The notes under the pieces: generated by a model
Seen by the model: only the letters and a program-made list of their open reading frames with translations
Databases searched by the model: none
Told to the model about the DNA's origin: nothing
Made by a program: the position numbers and the translations under genes
In this document: positions 10,848-23,660 of the stretch, in pieces
Numbering within the stretch: position 1 is the stretch's first letter
How the letters are laid out: every line of letters starts with the position of its first letter
Assembly: GCA_023920165.1 (NCBI GenBank)
Contig: CP089274.1
Span: 2,542,001-2,606,000, forward strand
Length of the DNA stretch: 64,000 nt
Origin: Curvularia clavata
Lineage: Eukaryota
Reading direction: 5' to 3'

Positions 10848-12359
10848 TTAATGGGCCGAGCGAACAAGGGCTAACCTACCCTTTCGGTCTCTGTCAACGC
10901 GCATGACTTCTCTGCGGGGAGCGCGTTCAATAAACTCGTACTCGCGGTCGCCTTCGCGCTCGTACTTGAGGAGACGGCGTTCTTCCTCCAGGGAGCGGAT
11001 TTCCTCGCGGATGTCCCGCTCGGTTCGGCGCTCGTCACGGCGGACCAGTTGGCGGCCCTCGGGGAGGAAGGCAGTGGCTGGGCCGTGGATAGCGGCAGAG
11101 CGGTCAATCTCGACGAAGCGCTCGTGTTCATGAATGGATGGGGATGGAGGACGCTCTGAAGGTGCGTAGACGGTTGGCGCATGGTGAGATGGAGGCGGTT
11201 GGGCGTAAATCACTTGTGGAGGCTGGGCATACACCACTTGTGGTGGAGGTGGAGGCGGTGCGTGTACAGACGCTGGTGGAGGTGGAGGAGGCACCTCTAC
11301 AACTGGAGGTGGTGGGGGCGGCGCAACAGATGCTGGTGGTGCGACCGATGGTGCAACTGACGCTGGTGGTGGCGGAGCTTCTTCCCGGGTCTCCTCGTAG
11401 ACGTATGTGATTTTCTCTGCGAATTATCAGACAAGGCCTTTGGCCGGAATTAATGACTTACCCTCTTTGTATGACTCGCTGGTCTTGATGATTTCGTCAA
11501 TGTGCTCTTTCTCGAGCGCTCTGGTGACAATGATGAAGTCGTCCTATCACAGTCAGCGGCAGTCTCAATATGTAAGCGAACAACATACCTCTTCTTCATA
11601 TGGGTAGCCGAGATCAATAACGGCTTGCTTCTTCACAAGACGCTTCGGAAGTCTAGTCTTGCCCCTCTTGCCCCAAGTAGCCCGGGAAGGCTGGATTTCC
11701 TCGAAACTGGAAATGGAAGAGCTGCGTGTGGATCTTGCGGCTCGGCTCTTGCTTCGTCGCACCCTGCTCTTCTCGCGGTGAACCTCGACTTCGCGGTAGT
11801 CCTCGCGTTCCCGGCCCCTTCCGCTGCGCTCATCAAATCTGATCTCTTCGAAATCGTCGTCATCGTAGAGGCGGCGAGGCGACCGGCGGCGCTCGCGGAT
11901 AGGGAGGGGAATGGGGACATTGGCTGGTGGACGATACTCGTGGGTTTCGTATCTCTCAATTCTCTCCACGTCTCCATACCGGGGCATGGGTCGGCGATCG
12001 AAAGTGTCCAGCGAGGATTGGCGACGAATATATTGTGGGCGGGTTGGCTTAGGGGGACGGGCAACTTGGCGCCGCTCGTTGATATCAATGTCGATGTCGA
12101 TGTCTCTATCAATCACAGATCTGCGGCGGTAGGGAGCGAGCGCCTGGTTGGCGATCTCGGATGGTGTTGGCTCATGGAACAAGTCGCGACGCTGGGGGCG
12201 GCTGTAGCGCTCGTCTTCGTGGAAGCGCTCTTTCTCCATGACAACTGGACCCCGACGGGCGCGGTCTTCGTGGAAATCAACATCGCGATGGCCTCCAGGG
12301 AAGCGGTCGTGCTCTTGGAAGCGATAGTGTTCGTAATCATCAGGGCGGCCACGGACACT

Positions 12360-12393
<34 letters not shown>

Positions 12394-12497
12394 GCGCGTC
12401 GCATGCGCTCAAATCTGTCACGATCCCATCTTTCGCCGCCACGAGGGGGTTCCTCGAAGCGATCCAGATTGCCGGTCGAGGAGCGGTAGACGGACAT
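10848..12497 (-). CDS. Conserved fungal Arg/Glu/Pro-rich hypothetical protein (exons 12497-11589, 11543-11462, 11416-10848)
   Basis: Canonical GT-AG introns join one frame. Core GKTRLPKRLVKKQAVIDLGYPYEEE|DDFIIVTRALEKEHIDEII, then a proline-rich region and a DRKGRLALVRS C-terminus. Confidence 0.8.
12360..12392. repeat. (GCC/GGC)n microsatellite encoding poly-Gly
   Basis: Run of ccgccgccg... within the minus-strand CDS. Confidence 0.9.
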
Positions 12498-13579
12498 GGT
12501 TGGGGGGGGGAAAAGGGGTGGTTTGATGCTTCGCAGCCGATGACGTCGTCTGGGGGGTTTGGTGTAGTGCGGGGCTGCGGGCTTCTATGTCTGTCCGGAT
12601 GAAAGGACGGCTACAAGCAACAAGAGTGTATACTCGACAGCCAAGGGCAGTGACGCGGAGGAGTGAGGGAGGGGCACAGGAAGTGGGCTAGCAGGAATAT
12701 AAGGGCGTCAGGTCCCAGGCGGTCCGGAGAATGGGATGCGGTGCGTGGGCGCAACCAGATTTAGGTGCAGGATTCGCGACAGGCTTCGTCATCGGCGCCC
12801 GCCCGCGATGCCCTCTTGGTGCGTTCTGGCCTGGGCGCTGAACTGGGCCTTGACTCGGGGAGAACGGCCCCCCTGAAGCGCTTCAATTTCTTACTTGTCA
12901 CTGGCTCGTCTTGGGAGCAGTTTCATGTGAGCTGGAGACAATTCGGGCGCTATCGTTGGGCACGCCGGCGGTGTCGCGGGCATGGATGCATCTGGCTGCC
13001 GCATCATGAGGTCAAGCAGAGACGGGCAGCTTGTCTTGTCACCCAAAGGGCATGGATTGTGCCCAGGCTATCCTTACGGACGCCGTCTCGACAGGCTCAG
13101 CATTGGATGGGAGGCATGTCGGCCGGTTGTGCTTGTCGGCTGTCAGTGACGTCACGCTGACCAACTTGGAACGCTTGCCGGCATGCACCTGCACGTGGGC
13201 CCGCGGCGCAGTCATCCGCCTAGCTCGTCCTCAGCCACAGCTCAACACCACTCGAATATCGCCGGCCCACGCGGTTGGGCTGTCAGGGCCGCCTGGTACC
13301 GATGCTTGTCACAACTGCCCGTCACAATTGCTACTTATCCAGGGCACATATGCTGATATGTCCACTGCCGACACTCAACCAGCATGGGCACCAACCATAT
13401 GCAACAATCGGACCATAGCCGTTGTCAAAGCCGTGTCCTCAACATGTCGAAACACAGCCTCGTCGTCCCTTGATCGGTCTCATCATCAAAAGCCGTGTCC
13501 GTAGTCTATGTCATCCTGTCTACTGTACAGTACTCGTACAAGTCGTCTAGCCGTGCTACTCGTAATTCCATCCCCCAAA

Positions 13580-14128
13580 TCATTTCGTTCCCACAGCCTC
13601 CTGTATCTTCTTGGTCACATACTCTACATCAAATGGCCGGCCCTTGATCCCTCCCACAACCTTGCCCATGACACTGCCAAAGCTCCTCTTGCCCTCCTCT
13701 AGCCCCTCAACGACGCTCTTGACCAGCGAGTCGACTTCGCTCTCGCTAACAGTGGGTATCTCGTCAGCGTAGGCCTTGAGCACGTCCAGGTGCTGCTGTT
13801 CCTTTTCGACCAAATCTTCTCTCTTTGCGTTCCGGAACTCCTCAATCGACGCTGAACAAGCCTTGATCTGCTTCTGGATCAGCGAGTACAGGGCTCCGTC
13901 AGTGGTGATGGGCTTGGTCGTCTTGGAGGCATTGATAATCTCGGCTTGCAGTCCGCGAATCGTGTTCAAAGCAGGCTTGTTCTTGGACCGCATGGCGGTT
14001 TTGAGGTCAGACTGCAGGCGAGGGAGCACAATGTTCTCCGACGTCGAGGTGGACGCATAGCGAACGCATCCCAAGCGAGCAGGGGCAAGAAGCTGCCTTT
14101 GCAGTAATGTGGCACGGAAGAGTGACAT
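13580..14128 (-). CDS. AIM41: Mitochondrial GatB/YqeY-domain protein (Aim41)
   Basis: Presequence-like MSLFRATLLQRQLL; YqeY signature LQSDLKTAMRSKNK...IEEFRNAKREDLVEKE...FGSVMGKV. Confidence 0.85.
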   Translation of the reverse strand: MSLFRATLLQRQLLAPARLGCVRYASTSTSENIVLPRLQSDLKTAMRSKNKPALNTIRGLQAEIINASKTTKPITTDGALYSLIQKQIKACSASIEEFRNAKREDLVEKEQQHLDVLKAYADEIPTVSESEVDSLVKSVVEGLEEGKRSFGSVMGKVVGGIKGRPFDVEYVTKKIQEAVGTK

Positions 14129-14524
14129 GGCTGGCGAGTGAGAGCTTTCAACAAAGCCAGTATCCGGATCAAGGGTGGTGGGTTGAACAATGGGATGGGA
14201 CACTTGGGCCGAAAAAAGTTTGGGGTGAACAAAAACGCGCTCAGACGCGCGCTACCCAAAGATCCCGGTCTTCTGCCAAGCCCAACCTTTTGTTGTCCTT
14301 CGTCACTTTTGCAGCTTGTGCCTGAGCCCAGCGTCGCGAACCGCTCCAATCCTCTATCTTGGTATTCACATTTGCGCGTCTCGCTGCCATTTCAGCTTCC
14401 GACTAGTAGCGCGCAGCTAATGTGCACGTCGTATCGCTGGCGCGTCCCCCCAACCTCCATTTGAAGCTCCGACCCGCGACCAGCGCAGCGCAGCCTCTCA
14501 ACCTCACACCTCCACAAGCCCATC

Positions 14525-17500
14525 ATGGCATTTCAAATGGCGCCTGCGACGCCCCAGCGGCCTACTCCCGGCGCCTTCGTCAATACGCCTGCGCCGAATC
14601 GACCCAGCTTTGCACGAACAGGCTCCATGTCGCAACCACAGTCGCAGCAGCAACAGCAACAGCAAACGCTCCCTGCGCCGCCTGCAGAGAGCCCTATAGA
14701 TCGCGCCTCGCGAACTATAAACAGCATGCTGGATAGAGACAACAGGTTTCCAGCTCTAGAGGCATATATTGGCCGTAAGTACTAGGAGCAACAGAGTAGG
14801 ATACTCAAGATACTGACGACATGGTGCAGAGGGCATCTCTGGTGAATACGAGATACCCAGTGGTCCAGCATGGGCACCATTCCAGAAACTGCGGTCGTAC
14901 AAGCTCCCAGAGGCCGTTTTCGAGCAAGTGGATCACACGCAAATGTCGACGAGCATGGGCCTGTTCGCCGAGATCAACCACGCCTGGGTTGTAGTCGACA
15001 ACCAGGTTTACCTTTGGGATTACACGCACCCAAACCCCGAACTCGTCGGCTTCGAGGAGCAACCCAGCAACATTACCTGTGTGAAGCTGGTCAAGCCGCG
15101 TGCCGGTGTCTTTGTGGCTTCTATCGAATACCTCCTCGTCGTCGCAACTGTGTCCGACATCTTCCTGATCGCTGTAGAATGTCAACGAGGACCCGAGGGT
15201 GTTCACGGCATCACAATGTACCGAACTGGATTATCCACATCAGTCCGAAAGATCAACGTGACTGCTATTGCTGGCTCGGACGCGACAGGGCGCATTTTCT
15301 TTGGCGATGGACAGACAGAAGATGTGTATGAGCTGAACTACCAACAAGAGGACAAATGGTTTTCCAGTAAATGCAGCAAAACGAACCATGTCACGACTTC
15401 TATCGGCCTACCCGCATTGCCATTCTATGGAGCCACACGACAGGCTGGTATTCAGCAGATGGCCATTGACGATACCCGGAACGTTTTATACACGCTCTCT
15501 ACCAACGGAACCATCAAGGTCTACTATATGCGTGCACCAAACGTCTTGGAAAGCGCATTGACCCGAACACGTGCACAGATCGAAACCATGTGTGGGCACA
15601 TTGTGCGGCCGACAGGCGTGCTGGACAAGATGCAGATCGTTAGTCTCAGTCCTATTTCTAGTACCGAGGCGGACAACCTGTCTCTCATGGCAATCACATC
15701 GTCAGGTTGCAGGTTGTATCTGAGCACAACATCCGGAGCACAGTGGAACGCAAACAACACAAGCGCGCCAACTAGCATGCAACTACGACACATCCGATTC
15801 CCGCCAAATGACGGTCAGCCCTCGACGCAGAGCAATTCAACCCAAGTACAGCCATACCAGGGTGGCACAGCGGTTGGTTTCGAATCAAGATGGCTCAGAG
15901 AAACTAAACTTGGAATCAGGTACCCACCGGGTGCTTTCTTCTCCTTCGTCCTGAGGTCGCAAAATGACCCTAATCACCACATGTTTGTTTCCGCTCCCCA
16001 CTCCGGACTACTTGGACAGCGGGAAAGCTCAGAGCCCCCACGATACACTGAAACCGGCCTGTTCACGGAACTCGTAGGAAGAGTACAGGACATCGGCTTG
16101 GTATCTGAACCATTCTCAGCCCGAAATGAACCCCTTGGATTTGGTAATGAGCTCGCTACCCAATTTGACAAGCCGCTCTGCGAATACGCCATTATCACAT
16201 CCAACGGTATCGAAACGGTACGACGTAGAAGACTAGTGGACATATTCGCTGCTATTGTGAAGAGTGGAGGTCCCGAAGGCGCTGAAGCCGATATCCGGAA
16301 ACTTGCAAAGCAGTATGGTCTTGCTGAGACCTCAGCTACAGCGCTGGCTGTTGCATGTGGTCAAGGCTCGGATGTTGGACCAGACTCAAGGATCGCCAAA
16401 GTCACGGATCCCGAAGTACTTGACTTTGCCCGCAGGGTGTTCATTGAGTTTGGTGGAAAGGCGCATCTGACTGAGAGCGCGACTGTAGAAGGTCTGAGCG
16501 TAGAGAATGTCCGCGCATCGCCACGCCACGATGGTATCGCCATGTACGTCGCACGCATTGTCCGGTCGATTTGGAATACCCCCATCATCTCGGAAACAGT
16601 CACTCCAACTGGGCCCGTTCTCACTTCGACACACAAGATTACCAAGCTACAGGAGGTACAGCGCTGTTTGGCTCAGCTTCAGGAATTCTTGGAAGCAAAC
16701 AAAATGTTTATTGAAGGATTGGCTGGCCCAGAGGCTTTGGGACGTGCAGCATCACGGCAAGAGGAGGTTGAGCTCCAGGGTGAGAACAGAGCACTCACTA
16801 GCCTGCTGCAAATGGTGAACAATATTGTCGAGGGTATCTCCTTTGTTCTTGTTCTCTTTGAGGAGCGTTTGGAAGACATTCTGGTCCTGCTACCAGACCC
16901 ACAGCTCCAAGCAAGAGTTCGTCAACTCACCTTCCAGGGCCTTTTCTCCGTCAAAGAGGGCAGAGAAATTGCTAGAGAGTTAGTCAAGGCCATTGTCAAC
17001 CGCAACATCACCAAGGGCTCAAACGTTGAGTCAGTTGCCGAGGCCCTTCGGAGGAAGTGTGGCAGCTTCTGCAGTTCGGACGACGTTGTCATCTTCAAGG
17101 CTCAGGAGAGCTTGAAGAAAGCTGCTGACCTGGGTGCAAATGCTGAGCGCGGGCGTTTGCTGCTCAATGACAGTCTGAGATTGTTCGAGGAAGTGGCGAA
17201 GAGCCTAACCTACGAGAACCTGGCTGCAACTGTCGAACAATATATCCAGCTCGAGTTTTATGCCGGTAAGTTGACACGGCTTATGATTTCTGTCTATTTT
17301 TTTCTCTAATACGCTTTTAGGTGCTATTCGACTTGCTCTCAAGGTCGCCGAGGAATGGGATCGAGGCAACAAGGCCCTTGCCTGGTTGCGAGACGCTCGT
17401 GACCAAATCGGCGATGCAAGCGACCCGCGACGCCGCTTTTATGAGCAGCGTGCTTCTTGTTACACTCTGGTGTGCAACGTGATCGAGGCTGTTGACCATG

Positions 17501-18778
17501 CTTACAACACTCAAGGGCCAGTGCCTGACGGTGTTATCTCTCAGGTCACTCGTCGCAAACACGAGGCATATGAGCAGATCAACAATTCCCACGATGAAGT
17601 CTTCCAAACCTACCTGTACGATTGGTACATGCAAAATGGATGGGCTGAGCGATTGCTGGAAATTCGCTCTACATTTGTAGAAGAATACCTGCGACAGAGC
17701 TCCGATACGAACCTGGCTCATGCGGACCTTCTATGGCGCTACTATGCTCATCACCATGATTATCTGAATGCAGCAGAGACACAATTCCAACTTGCGAAGA
17801 GCACTCTTCCCCTGACGCTGGAAAAGAGGATTGAGTATCTGTCACGGGCCAAGGCAAATGCTTCAGCGCGAATGACGGGCTTCTCAGAAACAGGAGCACG
17901 CAACCGACAGTCTAAGCAAGAGTTGCTGCGAAACATTACCGACCATCTCGACATTGCCAACATCCAGGACGATGTCTTGCAGCGAATCAAGGGCGACGAG
18001 CGACTTGTTGGAAAACGGAGAGAAGACGTCATTGAACATCTCAATGGCCAAATTCATCCTCTTGATGAGGTAAGTTTCCCCTAGTACGTGTTTGTTTACC
18101 TCCACTAACATGACCTAGCTCTATCATGACTATGCCGACCAAGCAGGATACTATGATATTTGCCTTCTCATATACCATGCTGCCGATTACCGGAGCGTAC
18201 CCGACATCCGCGCAACATGGACCAACCTTATTGATCAGACCCACCGCAACGCCGTCGCCGATCGCCAGGCTGCACCATGGGAAATTGTTGCATTGAAGGT
18301 CCAGGACCTCGGTCATCGAACCAATCTCAACGAAAATGTCTTCCCTGTCAACGTTGTTCTGCAATTGGTTCTACAGTATGACTTGGAGTTTTACGTCCAT
18401 GACGCCAACGTGCCCAACACTCAGAACTTGGCACTGAACACTAACCTCACATGGCCAATTGATGTCTTCATCAAGTTGAACGCGCCATTTGAGAGCCTGG
18501 TCGCTACTCTCGAAGCACTCTGGTACGCACAAGAGCCACCGTTTGCGGGCCGCAACCGCAAGTTGCTCGTCAAGTGGATCGTCTACCTCGTCGAGCAGTG
18601 GGCTGCCGTTAGCAGGCGAACAGGCGCGTTGTTCGGCGGACCTGAGAACGCCATCGGGCTAGCCGAGGTCATGCGCATCATCCTAGGCAGCGATGTCCTT
18701 GGGCGCGATATGGACGATCAATCGTGGATCCAAAGGGCACGCGACGTCAGCGCTGTAGTTGAGGAAGCTGCTCGCTGA
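14525..18778 (+). CDS. NUP170: Nucleoporin Nup170/Nup157 (Nup155 family); introns 14775-14829, 17266-17320, 18070-18118
   Basis: MGLFAEINHAWVVVDNQVYLWDY, GFGNELATQF and LRRKCGSFCSSDDV motifs; canonical introns join four ORF blocks. Confidence 0.95.
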
Positions 18779-19303
18779 ACGCTCACGTGACATGCGGCAT
18801 GCGCGTGGTGGAGGAGGTGCATTTAGTAGAGCGTTGGAAAGATATATGGGAACGACGATTGTATATTCGGGTTTTTGTCCGCTACCATTCTTGCAGCGTG
18901 AGGCGTTGAACGGGTGTATCATCAGTATAGGAGGGACTGGCGTCAAAAGCATGAATGCGTCGCAAACCAGATTTTGAAGGACGTAAAGAGAAGCCAGCAG
19001 ACTACTCCTAAAGCTAGCTCATTTTTTGAATTAAGATATAGTAATCGGAGACAAATGAACTTGATCAGTCGTGCCATGAACAAGATGGAAGTCGGACATA
19101 AGCAGCTCGTCCCACTCTAATCCCCGCCGAAGCTACTGTGCTTCCTCTCAAACATCATCACCAGCATCGTTCACCACCCTCGCTCGTGTACCACATACCA
19201 CCCCACGGCCGTCTCGCCCCTCCCCTCCGCCTCCGCCTCTACACACACCATGTGAACCTCCCACCAACCCTGCCACATCACCGCGACTCATTCTCATCCC
19301 ACA

Positions 19304-20282
19304 ATGCCCATTTGCATCTCGTGCCGTACCCCCGTCCGCACCCTCTACACCACATACTCGAAAGCCGACGACCGCGCCCTCGGCAAAGGCGTGCGCCTAA
19401 CCCAATGTCCTCACTGCAAGAAATTTGCCGACAAATACGTCGAGCATGATTTCGTAGTCTTATTCATCGATCTCGTCTTGATCAAAGCGGAGGTGTATCG
19501 GCATTTGCTGTTTAATCGGCTGGAGAGGGAGGATGACAAGTTCGACGTACGTCCTTTCTCTTAGCTGATGATTGTTGTCAAGGCTGTATGTGTGTGGATA
19601 GCTGATTGTAGCCTAGCGATCTATTCTCCGCCTGGGTATTCTTCTCCTCCTCTTCGACGTATACCTGACGTGGGCGCGAATCGAGAAACTGCCGCTTCCT
19701 GATTCCTCGTCGCTGGCGCATAACGCATCGTCTGCGAGTCTGGCTGTGCCGCCGCACAGTAGTGGTGTCACGAATGCGGTGGTGCTCCAGGCGTATCCGT
19801 TGGGTGCACAATACCTCTTCTTTCTGTGCTTGGTTACGCTGTCCACGCTGGCGTTTCACCTCCCCATTCGCCTGCTGTGCGCGTATAATCCTAGTGGGCT
19901 TCCGGGCGCAGCGAGGAGGCTATGGCAGAAATTGATAGCGTATTTTCCGAATCCGACGCCGTTGTCGACGGCGCTGCTGGTTTCGTCGTGTACGAAGCTT
20001 TTTCCGATTTTACTGATTATTTGGGATTATGATTTGCCGAGTTCGGCCACGGCGGTTAGTTGGGCTGTCATTGTGAATAATATTGCGGCGCTGGAGATAT
20101 TGATGGATTGTGGGTATATAAGAGCTGGCATATTGGTTGGTGTCGGGGCAGGCATGAGGATGCTTGTGATGTGGACTATACTACGGGCGGCTGGACTGGG
20201 TACAGGTTGGGAAGGTTACCTGAGTGAGTGGACAGTCGCCAGCACACTCTGGGGCTGGGCAGGGAACATGACTAGTACTTGA
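19304..20282 (+). CDS. ARV1: Arv1 sterol homeostasis protein (intron 19547-19616)
   Basis: MPICISC...CPHCKKFADKYVEHDFVVLFIDLVLIK zinc-binding Arv1 homology domain, followed by TM segments. Confidence 0.92.
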
Positions 20283-20586
20283 TGAAGGACTGGTTTGTCT
20301 GTGGATTCCAAGCAATAATATGATACCCGTTTGATATTCGTACACGCCAAAGAGTAAAGAAATGAGCTCCATAATGCGCCTAACCAAATGTGCAAATGCG
20401 TGAGTGTTCGACATTGACTGTCCATGCCCAGCTCCTCTGGGCATCGTCCCTCAGCACAGATTTCCTCTCTGTATAACGCGCCCCCCTCGATATGCCCTAA
20501 TACCCCTCATCGCATGTTTCCGCCCATCTTGGAACGCGTATGACTGCACATATACTGTGCATCTTTTGAGGTACAACGCAACACTA

Positions 20587-21219
20587 CTAGCGTCCCTGGT
20601 TAAGCTCTGGTCGCAAGTCGTTTCGTACAGGCGAAATAATGGGGTGGAGTTGCGCAAGAAAAGTAATGGCCCACATGATATACATGGCAGCCGCAGAAAG
20701 CACGAGAGTAGATCGCCAGACCCTGTTCGCAATTAAGTCAGCCTGAAAGTTCCTTTCCCATTTCCCCCCGCTGTCATTATCGCTGATGCTGATGCTGATG
20801 CTGCCTGTCTCTCAAGTCGTCTTCTCGGCAGCGACACACGGGGCATCGCAGGGCTCAGCGTCCCGAGCACGGTTGCGTGTATCCTGTGCAAAGTGTACGC
20901 GCTTGCTGCCGCCGTTGCCGCCACCGCCACCGCCGACCGTAGTAGCAGCGCTGTATAGCTTCTTCTCAGACGCATCGAGGTTCTCAGACGACGACTTGGC
21001 TCGTAGACAGGGTTTGGTGGGCGTGCCGTTCGCCTTGGACGGAGGAATGGTGCGGTAAACGTACGTCTGGTTTTCACCCTTTGGCGCTAGAACCCAGGCT
21101 GCGACACAGAAGATGACGACGACGATGAGGCCGATGATGGGAGCCCAGCTGGTTTGTATTAGTTTTGCTTGGTCTCCTGACAGTAGATGGTGTTCGGTGG
21201 GTATATACCCGTTCGCCAT
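20587..21219 (-). CDS. VMA9: V-ATPase V0 subunit e (exons 21219-21209, 21148-21065, 20722-20587; 76 aa)
   Basis: Spliced product MANGWAPIIGLIVVVIFCVAAWVLAPKGENQT|VWRSTLVLSAAAMYIMWAITFLAQLHPIISPVR carries the WAITFLAQLHP signature. Confidence 0.93.
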
Positions 21220-21929
21220 TGTTGTATTCTTGCGTGTTTGGTAATGCGCGCGGTGTTTCGGTGTAAGAGAGATAACGCGACTGGTTATCTGCGCGAAATA
21301 TTATCCGTTGGTTCCTTCGAGGATTTCGTAGGACGACGAGTTGGCGACGGGACGATGGCTTCGCTGTGTGGAGTCGGACGTGAGCTTGGGAAGCTACGAT
21401 GACGCCGACGGCCAGGGCTCGGGAGTGCTTGGCACACTAACCTGCTTGGTACGCGTATTGCAGTTCTCGAAGTTGTATTCATTCTCATTGCTCAATGTTC
21501 ATTTGTATGTTTGTTTATATTATCTATGAGAGCCTCAGTTTTTAATCTCTCTCCCACAAGAAGGTATTCTGCTCGGTCATTTCTATATCATCGAGTCCTA
21601 GGTATACATGGAAGTCTTCTAGCTGGTCCATATGCCAGCTGCCTCATTCAAATCAACCACTTTAAGATACTATCCTTTTGAGAATATCTTTTTTTGAATA
21701 AATCTATATTGGATGCGGTTTAATAACCACGTGACTATATATATTGGGATTCTATCTCGGCTTAGATAGGTAGCCTCACTCATTTCACTAGTAGGACTAC
21801 TCCTCAGACTATCCGATTGCGGCTCGCTCCTTGATCGTTTGTGCTCGATAATCTATCATGCCACTATCATGGAGATTACTTGCTCTGTATGTTCGCACCT
21901 GTAATTTCCCCATAAATCTTTGATCGTTT

Positions 21930-22921
21930 CTATCTAACCAAGACTTGAGCAGGACCAAGAACCAAAGAATTAATCACTAGTAATCTCTTAGAGTGAACAT
22001 CTAGTATCCTACACCCCCGCTCCTCAAAGACATCACTTATGTCTTGGATACTGATGAGGCTTTGCCTGGTATCGAACCTTGCCTCACTCTCCCTTGTTAT
22101 AGATAAAGCAGCCCTTGCCACGCGTACTCTTGTTAGCCCTCTTCTTTGGTTGCCTTAAAACCAACATTCTGCCAAGCCCTGAGATGATCCAATTGCTCTC
22201 CGGTGGAGACCTCGTTCCGCTTAGCGTTCCCGTGCCTGCGTGGCCACTTGTATCAGGCAGACATGTAACCAAACTTCAGTATCCAGATAGCCCGGTTGTT
22301 TTTTCTCACCGGTCGCAATCATCTTCCATACTTTGTTATTTATGACCTTCCAAGCTTTGCTCACCGCTTTGTCTTCAGAGACCATCCATGAACGCGGGGT
22401 AGCAACTGCAGATGCATGCAGCTGCACAGTTGGCACACGAGACGCATCATGCATACAGTTTCTAGCATTGGCTTCTTGGACATTTTCAAAGGTCAAGGAT
22501 CTAGGCCTTCACGCATGTCATCATAGATTACTAGCGGGCGCAGAAACTGATGAAACTATCCTATCTGACACACCACTTGCAAAGCTTGCAGAAGACCCAA
22601 TGTTCTCTTAGAACAATCCACTGGTGCCTGGAGTTTGGTAATTCTGGTTGGCACTAGTAGAAGTCGATGGTAGCCTTGCTCTGCGGAACGCCCGGCGGTC
22701 ATTGCTTTTCCTGGCACTTGTTTGCATCCAATCAGTCCGCTGCGCCGAATTTCAGCTCCTTCTGCTGTCGAACTGAACTCGTCTTCCTTTCTCAGCCAAT
22801 TCAAAAATCGTGACGGGTTTAGAGCCCGAAGGTGCCGCCATAATGCTGTCAGGATATCACCAAGAAACGTAATATATACTACCACAACCCTTTCGATCAG
22901 ATTTTGCAGGCATTTATGCAC
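21930..22921 (-). pseudogene. Probable decayed gene of unknown function
   Basis: Adjacent coding-like minus-strand ORF fragments are broken by frameshifts and by three TGA stops (CTA TGA TGA CAT GCG TGA AGG) that would read LRRHARR if reverted to CGA. Confidence 0.3.
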
Positions 22922-23660
22922 TCTTCATTATACAAGCCTCATTTGGACCATTTTTTGGTTCTTCGAGTAGGGATATAGCTTGAATTCAAGAAGGATGCCT
23001 CACCTTGCGTCACATGGATGTTGTGGTCTGGTTATCAGATCCCTGGACTGATAACACTCTGCAATCCCAGTGATACTACACATGCTACCAGAGGATATTA
23101 GCTTTATGAAATGAGGCGAACCTGCAACTTTCATTGGACTTGAATCGTTTTTGTATAACCATAAGTGGCATCATGGTTACCTCCGTATGGCCATGTGATC
23201 CAACAGCCCTCCACATACCGATCTACCCACAGCATCACTGGCCCGATCCAGCGCTGATGGTCATAGATAGGAAAACGCCACAAGTAGTGTTACTGGATAC
23301 GGCTGCATAGAAAAGAAGAATGCGCATACGCTTACTGACGTCGCTCGTCAGAAGACTTTGTATCTAACCAATAACCAACTAATCGGTTCCTCCCCTCATT
23401 GCATAGCGGGCATCATACTACGCAATTGGTTGGCTAATGTGTTGGGAATTGAATTCTTTTGTTGAGTGGAAGATAGTCTGCGCCTGATCAGGCAGCAACC
23501 TGATGTTCAATATTTAATCGGTGAATCGCAAGTAACACCTCTGCAGCGTCAAACTCCCCATCTCGGTTTTCACTTATAATACACCAACCCTGGGCAATCT
23601 ATACTTTTCTTTCTACTCACATTATCCAAATTCATACCTATTGAATTCAATCCTGTATTC

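Noticed and set aside
11502..12602. 366-aa plus-strand ORF with poly-Ala
   Set aside because: Antisense shadow of the spliced minus-strand gene; the poly-Ala is the complement of its GGC repeat.
14129..14203. Upstream extension of the AIM41 ORF
   Set aside because: Begins at a non-ATG codon; the ATG at 14128 starts a typical mitochondrial presequence.
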